Of a DNA stretch of 64,000 nt, positions 53,235 to 64,000 are shown one piece after another. The translations under genes were made by a program, and so were the position numbers. Source of the DNA: Octopus sinensis (taxonomy: Eukaryota); contig NC_043013.1 of assembly GCF_006345805.1 (NCBI RefSeq), forward strand, positions 4,526,001 to 4,590,000, written 5' to 3'. The notes under the pieces are model-generated. The model was not told the origin of the DNA. It was given only the letters and a program-made list of their open reading frames with translations, and made no database searches. Within the stretch, counting starts at the first letter, position 1; each line of letters opens with the position of its first letter.

Positions 53235-53400
53235 TACGACGGGCTTCTTTCAGTTTCCGTCTACCAAATCCACTCACAAGGCTTTGGTCAGCCCGACGCT
53301 ATAGTAAAAGACACTTGCCCAAGGTGCCACGCAGTGGGACTGAACCCGGAACCATGTGGCTGGTAAACAAGCTACTTACCACACACCCACTCCTGCGCCT
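52985..53400 (-). mobile_element. SINE family A
   Basis: Consensus match. Confidence 0.9.
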
Positions 53401-53877
53401 ATATATATATATATATATATAATTATATACTTCATATATAATTGAACTGAGGTTGATGTATCGCCCTGAATGGTTTAGTCGATCAAATCGCCCCCGGTAT
53501 TTATTTTTAAGTCTGATCCTTATTTTTTCGGTTCTTTGCCGAACCGCTAAATTGGATTTCTTTCAGTTGGACCACCAAATCTACTCACAAGGCTTTGGTC
53601 GACCTGGGGCTATAATAGGAGGTACTTGCCCAAGGTGCTGCGCACTGGGATGAAACTCGCGACCATGTGGCTTGACTTAGCCTTCTCATACACACACACA
53701 CACATACACGTATATGTCTGTATATGAATATATACATATACATACACACACACGTGTATGTATGTATGTATGTATGTATATGTATGTATATGTATGTATT
53801 ATGTGTGTGTATGTATGTATGTATGTATGTGTGTGTGTGTATGTATGTATGTATGTATGTGTATGTATGTATGTATG

Positions 53878-53909
<32 letters not shown>

Positions 53910-55195
53910 TGTATGTATGTATGTATGTATGTATGTATATGTATGTATGTATGTATGTTTGTATGTGTATGTATGTATATGTATGTATGTATGTATGTAT
54001 GTAACATAATCTCTACAGATCTAGTCTACAAAATCCTATTGACACCAGTTGTTGCGAAGCGAACTTGTACATCGCAGAGCTTATTCTTACTTTACTTAAC
54101 TTTGTATCCTTCTTTCCAAAGTATCCTGAATTGCATCAGCAGATACACGACATTCGTACAATATAACATATGCATATTCGTTTTTATGGTATCCACTTTT
54201 TGTTTATATTTAACTTACTTGCAAAATACATATAAATAACATTAAGATTTTAATTACCAACTCAGAAGGAAACATATGTAACTATATATCTCTAGTGCAT
54301 ACAGTTACACATACACATCCATGTGTATATCCATTAAATCGTATTCATATATTTATGGACATGCCTTTGCGAATAGACCATGTTATTATGCACACTGGCT
54401 GCAGAACAATCTCCAGTTGCCCTTTTGTGTCAGATATTTGCTATTGTGGATTTGCTTATTATCAGAAATTTAAACTGATCACAGCAGGGTGATAATGACA
54501 GAACCAGATGTAGTAGACATTCAATAGAATTCTAAAGATAATTACAATGATTTACTGACCCATTTGTCATGGAAAGTATGAACATCTCTAAACGTATGAC
54601 AGATGAATATTCCTTACGAAGAAGAATATTAAATGTCCCATGGAGTCAGATGGATCTGACAGGTTGTATGAAGATATTTACTATAAATACGAAATACTTG
54701 AGAGAGAAAGCATCATTTCGAGGCCTGACAGAAACCATTCCGTTTGTAGCAAGTTGGGTAAGCCAATTCCTTGTTTTTCTTTCGTTTTAGGAATTTTGTT
54801 TTGTTTTGAAATGTGTATCTTCAGTTATTGTTGCAGCATAATCTCATATACTTTTCGTCTATACCTATTCCTAAATATCCATACATGCTCAAGCCATAAG
54901 CAACATTCTAGTGGAATCAAGTAATTCCAAATCACCCAGAGAGCCTCTACATGGACACACAACCTCCTAATTGTAGGGCCTAAAATTCCCTCAAAAGCAA
55001 GCCAAATCTGTCTTTAAAAAGGATACATTAGATGTAGTCCTTCATACCGTTGAAACAAAATGCACGGAAACAAGTCCAGATAGCATTGGGTTAGGGAGCT
55101 GATATAACTCTGGTTACGGCAACCTGACATTAGCACAACACCAACAAGCTATATATATGATAAACACACATCATATAGCATCATTCTCAAAACAC

Positions 55196-55255
<60 letters not shown>

Positions 55256-55344
55256 ACGAACACAGAGATACTTTTATATGCAGGTTCGTATGGTATGCGT
55301 GTATACATATGTATATATGTTGTATACTGAATGCATATATATAT

Positions 55345-55567
55345 ATTTCTTTACTACCCACAAGGGGCTAAACACAGAGGGGACAAACAAGGACAGACAA
55401 AGGGATTAAGTTGATTACATCGACCCCAGTGCGTAACTGGTACTTTATTTAATCAACCCCGAAAGGATGAAAGGCAAAGTCGACCTCGGCGGAATTTGAA
55501 CTCAGAACGTAACGACAGACGAAATACGGCTACCTATTTCGCCCGGCGTGCTAACGTTTCTGCCAGC
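55345..55567 (-). mobile_element. SINE family B
   Basis: Consensus match. Diverged minus-strand copies also lie at 36560-36648, 51060-51247 and 58025-58237. Confidence 0.9.
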
Positions 55568-55774
55568 AGCCTCTGCATAAACGTAAAACCACCTAATTGC
55601 AGGGTTTAAGATTCCCTCAAAAGCTGGGTGCCACATCTACGTATATAATATATGTAGTTTGTTGCTTTAAGGTACATGAGGTATTTTATAAATATGCCTC
55701 TTCAAGTATCAAATCATGAAACCATTAGTAGCTTTTCGGTTTTGTATTTAATTTTATATATATATATGTACATA

Positions 55775-55839
<65 letters not shown>

Positions 55840-56067
55840 TATATATATACGCACTAGTTTGGTCCTTTATTGTTACTTGTAAAAAACGGCTGATCGATAA
55901 ATTTGTTAGCGAAGTAACTAACCCATTAGCTACAATAACAATAAAGGATCGAACCAGTGCGTGTGTTTATTATTATGCCCATCCAAAGGTTCAATAATAT
56001 TTCTTTCAACACACGAATACACATCAAGAATCTTGCAAACCAAATACAAATACGAACTATATATATA

Positions 56068-56124
56068 TTAACAAAACTGTCCGACGAACGGGAACGTGAA
56101 ACTCCGAGTAACAGCTTTTGTTAA
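56068..56124 (+). ncRNA. Minimal type I hammerhead ribozyme (U4C core variant)
   Basis: ttaacaaaaCTGT-CCGACGA-ACG-GGAA-CGT-GAAA-CTCCGAG-TA-ACAG(c)ttttgttaa. Confidence 0.8.
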
Positions 56125-56218
56125 ATTTCTGCTGCTTTTAAATGAAGCATATTATTCTGCCTCTGGTATTTGAGTACTCTTTTTTCCACCTTGTTTCACT
56201 TTTATGAGCTTACTCTCC

Positions 56219-56280
<62 letters not shown>

Positions 56281-56605
56281 TATACATAAATTCATACACG
56301 CAAAACATGTGCACGTGAGCAAAAATGCGCACACAAACACATACACATACATAAAGGGTAAATGAATGTATATATATATATTTATATTGACTTTGTGTGT
56401 GTATACACTCATGCACGCATATACACTCATACACATACATTCGCACTCGTGCAATTTTAAAGTTATATCTCTAGGCCTCCCAGTATTTTTATGTATATGT
56501 ATACTCTATGTTTGTATGTATATAACTGAATATGCATAGCAATGTTTGTATCTGGGTATATGCATGCTTACATGCGTCTTTAGATCGGAGTCACGTACGT
56601 GTGTT

Positions 56606-56649
<44 letters not shown>

Positions 56650-56727
56650 TTGCGTGTGTGTGTGTAGGAGGGGTGGGGCTGGAACGTTCCTGGCTTTTGG
56701 TAAAACAAAATACAGGAGGATCAGTTA

Positions 56728-57126
56728 CTCTCTTTTACTCTTTTACTTGTTTCAGTCATTTGACTGCGGCCATGCTGGAGCACCGCCTTTAGTCGAGCAA
56801 CTCGACCCCAGGACTTATCCTTTGTAAGCCTAGTACTTATTCTATCGGTCTCTTTTTGCCGAACCGCTATGTTACGGGGACGTATACACACCAGCATCGG
56901 TTGTCAAGCGATGTTGGGGGGGGGGGACAAACACAGACACACAAACACGCACATACATATATATATACACGACGGGCTTCTTTCAGTTTCCGTCTACCAA
57001 TCCACTCACAAGGCTTTGGTCGGCCCGAGGCTATAGTAGAAGACACTTGCCCAAGGTGCCACGCAGTGGGACTGAACCTGGAACCATGTGGTTGGTAAGC
57101 AAGCTACTTACTACACAGCCACTCCT
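56728..57126 (-). mobile_element. SINE family A
   Basis: Consensus match. Confidence 0.9.
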
Positions 57127-57726
57127 AAAAATATTCCCCTCTTAGATTCTCACAATTATTCCTGTGGTCCTTCAGTTTTTCTAAGCCCTGTAAAAGAACT
57201 CGGAAGGTTGGGCCTCCAACCAGGCCCTTCGCAACACTCTTAGAACCAAGAACTTTTCAGCATCCTTTCCTATGTGTATGAATACACACACACGCACACA
57301 CACACACGCACACACATATGCAAGCAAGCAAGCGCACATACATACACATTCATAATATATCAAAGGAATCAAAGGTCCTTACCAAGCCATATGCTTATAA
57401 GGCCAGTTCCCCAGATTCAGTGACGTATATATTCCTTCCCCGCTCCGTAGATGGGGCGCCGGTCCGTCGCCAGATCAGCCATTTTTACCAGTTGAATAGA
57501 CCGGTGCAACATGAAATGATGTGAAATGAACAGTCTGGGAATTGAAACCGCGATGTCACGATCATGAGTGCAACACTCTAACCATTAAACAACGGCCGAA
57601 ACGCCGTTAAGCATTCTACCCGACGTGCTAACGGTTCTGCCTGCTCGCCGCCTTAAATCATTAAAGCATTAAGTTTACATTGAGTTTATAGCTAGAGCTG
57701 ACTCGTCTTTGAATTTTTGGTCTCTT

Positions 57727-57761
<35 letters not shown>

Positions 57762-57901
57762 ACACACACACACACATATATACGCACAAAAATGCGTATA
57801 TAAAATATATATATGAGTTTATATATATGTATATACATACATATATATATATACATACATACAGAGAAATATACACACACATATATATATACATATATTT
57901 G

Positions 57902-57983
<82 letters not shown>

Positions 57984-60591
57984 TTATATTCTATAAATAT
58001 GTACAGTAGCTAAGTAACATTGGATCCAAATTTTGGAACAATGCCATCAATTTTGGAGGAGGGGTTAAACTGATTACATCGATCCCAGTACTCAACTGGT
58101 ACTTATTTTATCGATCCCGAGAGGGGGCATAGGCAAAATGGACCTCGGCGGAATTTAAACTAACAACTTAAATACGGACGAAATGCCGCAAAGTATTTTG
58201 CCCAGTACGCTAACGATTCTGCCAGCTCGCCGCCTTACAGTAGCTAAATGATAGATAACAACTCAAAAGGTAGACGAAGCGGGTGAAGAACAAAGAATTT
58301 ATTGGTGAGTATGGTTTCGAAAGATATTGTAACTGCTTGACTTAAAATATGACCTGGGATCGATTTCTTAGACTAACCCAATCAAATAAAGAAGTAAATG
58401 AAAACGTAACAATATGCTGATAATATTTTGGACTGCAAATTTACAATATTGACAATATACAACATTCACCTCTATTTGGGATCGTTTCATCCCGAATTCT
58501 ATTTCACATTACTATTTCTATTTCATATTTTTATACTGTTGAATGAGTTTATTAATTTGCATCTTTAAAGTTTACATCTTTTTTAATTTATTTCTATGAC
58601 AAGAACCGAGTTTAACTGCCTAATGAGTGGCATCGAGAGTTAATGAGAAGCATTCAGAATGGATTGATTTTCTCAACATCAAAATTGACAAGCTTTCCGA
58701 ATTATTTGTATAACATTAGGCAAATGTCGCAGAATAGAGGTACAGTGCGTCTAGATTTACGATTGGAGCTATGTTAATAATGATCTTGCGCTAAGTATGA
58801 ACTTCTTGACTTCATGTATTATAAATTTATAATTTACATATTCTTTCTTATTTGGAAAGCAGTTATTTTACAAACTTTGGGGAGCATTCAACTAATCGAA
58901 TAATGCGAAAGCAAAATGACATGCAAATATCTTACTTAATTCTTAAACTTTCAAATATACTAACAAGTCTAAATGATATTAAATAATAATGGAAATACTG
59001 CATTAAATGATAAAAAAAAAAGAAATATAATACCGAAATAAGATAACAAAATGAGTTTGACTATTTTCATAATCTTATTGGCAAATATCTCACAGCCTAC
59101 AACTTCCAACCGAAAACCAGAACAAGTGAATTTCAACGCGTTCTGGAAACCGGTGCAAAATTTCTTATAAATTTATAATGAATATTGCTTTAATTGGCTT
59201 AAATAAGAACGTGTTGGTTTTAGAGATATTAGATCTTTTAGAAACAATAGCGCTCACAAAGTATGTGGGTTGACAAACAATACTTAGTTTTGTGCCTCTA
59301 TCTTTCGAATTTTGGCGAATAAATACATTTTTCGTTATGCACTGGAATTTATTTCATAAACAAATTATTGATGCGTTACACAATGTTTTGATGTTGTAAC
59401 GTACCTTATAAGAAATCTGCGTTTTTGGCCGACACTACGTTCGTAAATAAACTAAATTCAAATTGTGAATAACCATCTCTTTTACATAGTTTCTTTAAGA
59501 GCAGAAAAGAAGGATCAGTTTGGCTGGTTGCACTTTTTTCTGCATCTCTTTCGGAATAAGCATCTGTTGCATGTGACCGCAGAGACTGTAAATGTATTCT
59601 AAAGTATACTTTAAATCAAACTGGGTTTACTCTCTCGCAAAGATCAATTTCTGCAGGTATAAACTCAGAAGCAACTATGTAACTAAGAGACTGGCTTCCC
59701 GAACATGTAATTTAAGTTCGATCCAACTGTTCGGTACCTTGGAAAAGTTGCTTCCGTCGTATGTAACTAGCGTTCTGTGATTGGAATTTGTCGAAAAACT
59801 GTACGAAAACCCGAAAACGGTGTTTTCAAACCAAAAAGTAACCTCAAATAGAGCCCAGACTACGTGGCTTCAAAGCCAACCTCTTGACTACATATGGCTA
59901 TAGTTGCATCCATACTTGCACAAGTCCAACTTTGCAAGAAACGAGATTGGTTCATACAGTAAATTTCCTTTGGAATAAATCCAAGCTGTTTTTTATAACA
60001 ATATCCCTGAGTTCAGAGTTGCACATGGGGCACGATATCAGTGTTTCTGTGATAATATAACGAATAAGCAATGGACCCTTTAAAAAATCTCTAACCAACG
60101 ACATTGTTCACAAAATGCGATATGGAACTTAAAATCAATATTTTCAATGAAAGAGTAAAAAGGTGATTAGTTAAGTTTTCTTAGATGAATATATATTATA
60201 CAAATGGGTATTTTCATATTGTAAATATATTAAGAAAATATCATTAAATAAAACTACAATATAATAAATCCTTCAGAAAATAGCATTGGAAATTGAATCC
60301 TTAGATTATTTAAGGAAGATTTACTATTGGAATGCAAACATTTGGGAATTGGTCATTCTCTGTGATAAGTGAATGATGCTTATTAATTTTATCTCGTAGC
60401 AATTAGGAATGTTGAAAGCAACATGTTCTTACTATCATGAGCATTTATACCGCAACAGGATCCTCATTTTTCAAAATTTTGCGTTGTTACACGCATACAG
60501 AAATCAATAAAATTGAATATAATTAAATTTCTATCTAATGCTAATTTTTTTTTTTCATTTTCCATTTACAGATTTCAACAAATCAATAAAT

Positions 60592-60767
60592 ATGCAGAAA
60601 ATCATCATCACTCTTCTAGTTGTTGGGATTATGTTTGCTATGCAGGTTTCCTGCCAGGAAAGTATGCTTGCACCTCCCAACCGTCCCTCTGAATTCAGAA
60701 GTCCCGAAGAGCTTAGAAAGTATCTTAAAGCCCTCAATGAATACTATGCCATTGTTGGTCGACCCAG
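60592..60767 (+). CDS. NPF: Neuropeptide F/Y precursor, first coding exon (signal peptide plus most of the mature peptide)
   Basis: Acceptor ttttccatttacag|60572 and ATG at 60592. It encodes a signal peptide MQKIIITLLVVGIMFAMQVSC followed by QESMLAPPNRPSEFRSPEELRKYLKALNEYYAIVGRPR (PP-fold, YY..GRPR). The donor AG|gtaaaa falls at phase 2 of the last Arg, the conserved NPY/NPF intron position. Confidence 0.97.
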
Positions 60768-61020
60768 GTAAAACGTTACTATTTCATTGTTAATATTTTC
60801 TTCGAAACAAAAATTCAAGTATCACAATTACAATAGTTGAGAGTTTTATACAAATGAAATGTTTAGACATGTACAGTGGTTGCGAGTTTTAAACTTGTAT
60901 ACAAGTTTCTTGGAAAAGCTGTTCAGCTTTGCCAGTACTGAGAGCGCTCAGGAGCAAAAATGTATTCTCGCATTAAGAAGAGTCTGTTTGTTGTGAGTTT
61001 ACATTACAGCTTTTAGTGGA

Positions 61021-61435
61021 AGTAACACCCCCTCCCCATTGTGGTTAGCCATGATAAGATGGATTCTATACTTTACATTATCGAGCGATTACTGTTTCAA
61101 TCTCATTCTGAGATTTAATTATGCTTACTGTTCGTTTTTCGGCATCAGTGGCAGACGCCATTAGAAAAACTTATATCTATTTGCAAAGGAGCCTTCTCTT
61201 TCATCGCTACCTCGTGGTTACCGCCCGTTGACGAGGGACAACAATCCCGAAACTAGTTCGAGCGTATCACTCAGGCTTGCGAGGAAGGGATAGCCTCCCT
61301 TTGCAAATACTCCAAGGACACAGATATTGTGTCTAAAGCCAGCTAGATACGAAGATCTCTTGGGGCTATAAAGCTACAGTAACACCCCCTCCCCAATGTG
61401 GTTAGCCATGATAAGATGGCTTCTATACTTTACAT
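61021..61435 (+). mobile_element. 357-bp-period retrozyme-like insert in the NPF intron
   Basis: 58-bp direct repeats at 61021-61078 and 61378-61435 (2 mismatches) enclose a hammerhead motif and self-complementary arms. Confidence 0.7.
61214..61270 (+). ncRNA. Type I hammerhead motif (C3U core, GUU site)
   Basis: gtggttac-CGCCCG-TTGACGA-GGGA-caacaa-TCCC-GAAA-CTAG-TT-CGAGCG-tatcac. Confidence 0.75.
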
Positions 61436-61989
61436 AATCACGCTAAAGTTTTTGTGAAAGTCATGAGTGTTACATATGATCACCACCATCACCACCCCCA
61501 TCGAAATTACGGAGCCTTTGTACCTAATATTAAGAAGCCAGTATATTGAATTTATAAACTTAAAATAATATCCATCTTTGACTATATCTCATTACTAATA
61601 TTATCTCTGATATTTTGAACGTAAATATAATGATTGTGGTAACATCTAGCTAATTGAAGTTAAATAATTACTGAAACCTCATTAAGTAACTCAAATGTTT
61701 CAGGGCAACTGGCATAACAGGACAAACAGATGAGAGCTAGCGAAATGGATGACAATTATCCTGGCCAAAGATCACCCGATTTGGCCATTGGAATGTATTG
61801 AGACGGATAATTGCTTTTGTTTAGCTCCAGATTAGCCCATACAGACGTTCCAGTTGTGATTATCCAATCCATTCAATCTAAGATACACCTGTTATACTAT
61901 CGCCCAGTTGTCGAATTCCTTAAAATATAACCCCAAATCCTTTAAAATTCCAGCAAATCAGTATTATTTCATTATCGCATAGTCAATTT

Positions 61990-62342
61990 GGAAGCACTCC
62001 GTCGGTTACGACGACGAGGGTTCCGGTTAAATTAAAGTGTAAGTGGCTGAGCACTCCACAGACACGTGCACCCTTAACGTAGTTCTCGGGGATATTCAGC
62101 GTGATACAGAGAGTGACAAGGCCGGCCCTTTGAAATACAGGTACAACAGAAACAGGAAGTAAGAGTGAGAGAAAGTTGTGGTGAAAGAGTACAGCAGGGA
62201 TCACCACCAACCCCTGCCGGAGCCTCGTGGAGCTTTTAGGTGTTTTCGCTCAATAAACACTCACAACGCCCGGTCTGGGAATCGAAACCGCGATTCTATG
62301 ACCGCGAGTCCGCTGCCCTAACCACTGGGCCATTGCGCCTCC
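61990..62342 (-). mobile_element. SINE family C, tail variant 3 (intronic)
   Basis: Head and core are shared with 24765-25109. Confidence 0.88.
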
Positions 62343-62601
62343 ACATCGCAGAGTCAATATCGCTTCACTTATTGAGGTGGCGTTATTCTTGCAGCGAAGC
62401 GCTAAAATATTACAGCTGTCTTCACTATTTTTTCCAGCCTATTTTTCATTCGTATTTTATACAAAATTTAATAATTAATATTGACCAGATATTCATGTAA
62501 AATGATTCTGCCTAAACAACAATTGTGAAATAGAAAATCTATTTTGTATTTGTAACTTCGATGACTATGTTAATGTAAAAATATCTTCTCTTTTAATTAA
62601 G

Positions 62602-62675
62602 GTTTGGACGCAGTGTCAGCAAAAGAGCTGCCTCTAATACTTTCGCTGAAGCACTGACTTCCAAAAGAAATGACG
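62602..62675 (+). CDS. NPF: Neuropeptide F/Y precursor, second coding exon
   Basis: Acceptor cttctcttttaattaag|G completes the Arg codon, then FGRSVSKRAASNTFAEALTSKRND, giving RPRF-amide (G-R signal). The probable donor is G|gtaata at 62676. The final exon was not identified. Confidence 0.93.
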
Positions 62676-63267
62676 GTAATATAGTTTATATATTTAGATA
62701 TTTTGCTTCAAAATCATTTTGTGGTTAAATTGTATTTATTACATCACACAACGTTTTACAATATTACTTTCAAAATCCCCATCTATTAGTTAGTGATTAA
62801 TTATATAAGCTTACAATATTTACAACGATAGACCGTTGGTTAACTAAGCTAACTCAATAGACGTAACTATTCCCTTGAAGGTCCATAGTTAGACCTATCT
62901 ATGTTCTATATATCAATCTCATTGTAGTTACCCTGCCCATTCGAAGCTAGTAGAGTAGTGACGTCAATATAACTAACTGTACCCATCCCTAAATCAGGGT
63001 TGTATTACAGTATTATAAGCTTCAGGATAAAGCAATGCACAAGCATCCCCCACGTGCACAACCAAAGCATACGTAGATTAGCAATGGGTCCTTAGACCCG
63101 CAGAACACACAGACAACCTTTAGCTGTGTCCTCGCCTTAAGACATTACTGTTCCAAAATGAGGCCTTGTACCTATGTTAAAAATTACTATATTATAGAAT
63201 TAGTTTACAGTTAATTTGTTCGCAGTTTACAGTATCATGTTGACAGAAATGTTTGTGTTTTTTTTTT

Positions 63268-63480
63268 TTTGTACTTGTTTCAGTCATTTGACTGCGGCCA
63301 TGCTGGAGCACCGCCTTTTAGAGTGGTGAAAGAGTACAGCAGGGATCACCATCTCCTGCCGGAGCCTCGTGGAGCTTTTAGGTGTTTTTTTCGCTCAATA
63401 AACACACACAACGCCCGGTCTGGGAATCGAAACCGCGATCCTCCGACCGCAAGTCCGCTGCCCTAACCACTAGGCCATTG
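63268..63480 (-). mobile_element. Chimeric SINE: family C head/core joined to a family A tail
   Basis: 63320-63480 matches family C and 63268-63319 matches the family A 3' end, in the same orientation. Confidence 0.8.
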
Positions 63481-64000
63481 GTTAATTGTGTGCTAATTAA
63501 CATTTTTGATTTTGTTCTAATTTCAAATCCGGTTAGAAATAACTTCGCTTTCAGAATCGGCTAAACAAAAGAAAATCAACGTAGACAAAAGATCTAGCTG
63601 AGTCAATATTAATTGTAATAATGTACTATCATATCTATCGGCTTTTTAACCAACACTGTATACTAGGACGATTGTAAACATTTCATTTATACAATATGTG
63701 TGTGGACTGTAAAATGGAGAGCAGCTGTAAATACAATTCGACTTGTTTTGAGGTCTTTGCCAGTAGAATACTGAACATTTCAAAAAATGTCAAAATGTCT
63801 GCACACAGTTTTCTACAAACGGATTGTTTGCAACCATGGTAACACATAGTGTTGGCCGAAAAAAATATATAGATTTGTCCTATAGTACATTATAGCAATG
63901 TTAACACCCAGATTATTTAACATCAATTTTTATTGTTAAAGTAGTATAGTCGTCCTGTTTTTTTTCTTTTGAAAAACTGTATTATATTGTAGAAAAAAAT

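Noticed and set aside
60538-60591. N-terminal extension MLIFFFHFPFTDFNKSIN of the NPF ORF
   Set aside because: It is the polypyrimidine tract and acceptor plus 5' UTR. The signal peptide starts at ATG 60592.
62959-62966. Palindromic CRE (TGACGTCA) downstream of the second NPF coding exon
   Set aside because: About one 8-mer match is expected by chance in 64 kb, and there is no conservation evidence.

Overview
AT-rich, microsatellite-dense eukaryotic DNA, most likely from an octopus; this is inferred from the SINE families and the neuropeptide sequence. The only host protein-coding gene I can support is a neuropeptide F/Y (NPF/NPY) precursor on the + strand, with coding exons at 60592-60767 and 62602-62675 and the conserved phase-2 intron in the RPR|F codon. 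I could not locate its 5' UTR exon or last exon. The rest is transposon-derived: three abundant SINE families, Penelope-like elements (PLEs, including one long frameshifted RT+GIY-YIG copy and a Naiad-type fragment), R4/Dong-like and RTE LINE relics, Tc1, maT/mariner, piggyBac and Helitron relics, MITEs, and a dispersed 5S rRNA-like copy. The most striking unannotated signal is about a dozen type I hammerhead ribozyme (HHR) motifs from several unrelated sequence families, ranging from intact to degenerate and mostly inserted in (TA)n tracts. Two look like retrozyme units: a ~485-nt tandem/inverted unit at 45871-46933 and a 357-nt unit in sense orientation inside the NPF intron. All calls were made by eye; no alignment, folding or database search was run. 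Nearly all short ORFs in the supplied track are microsatellite or SINE artefacts.
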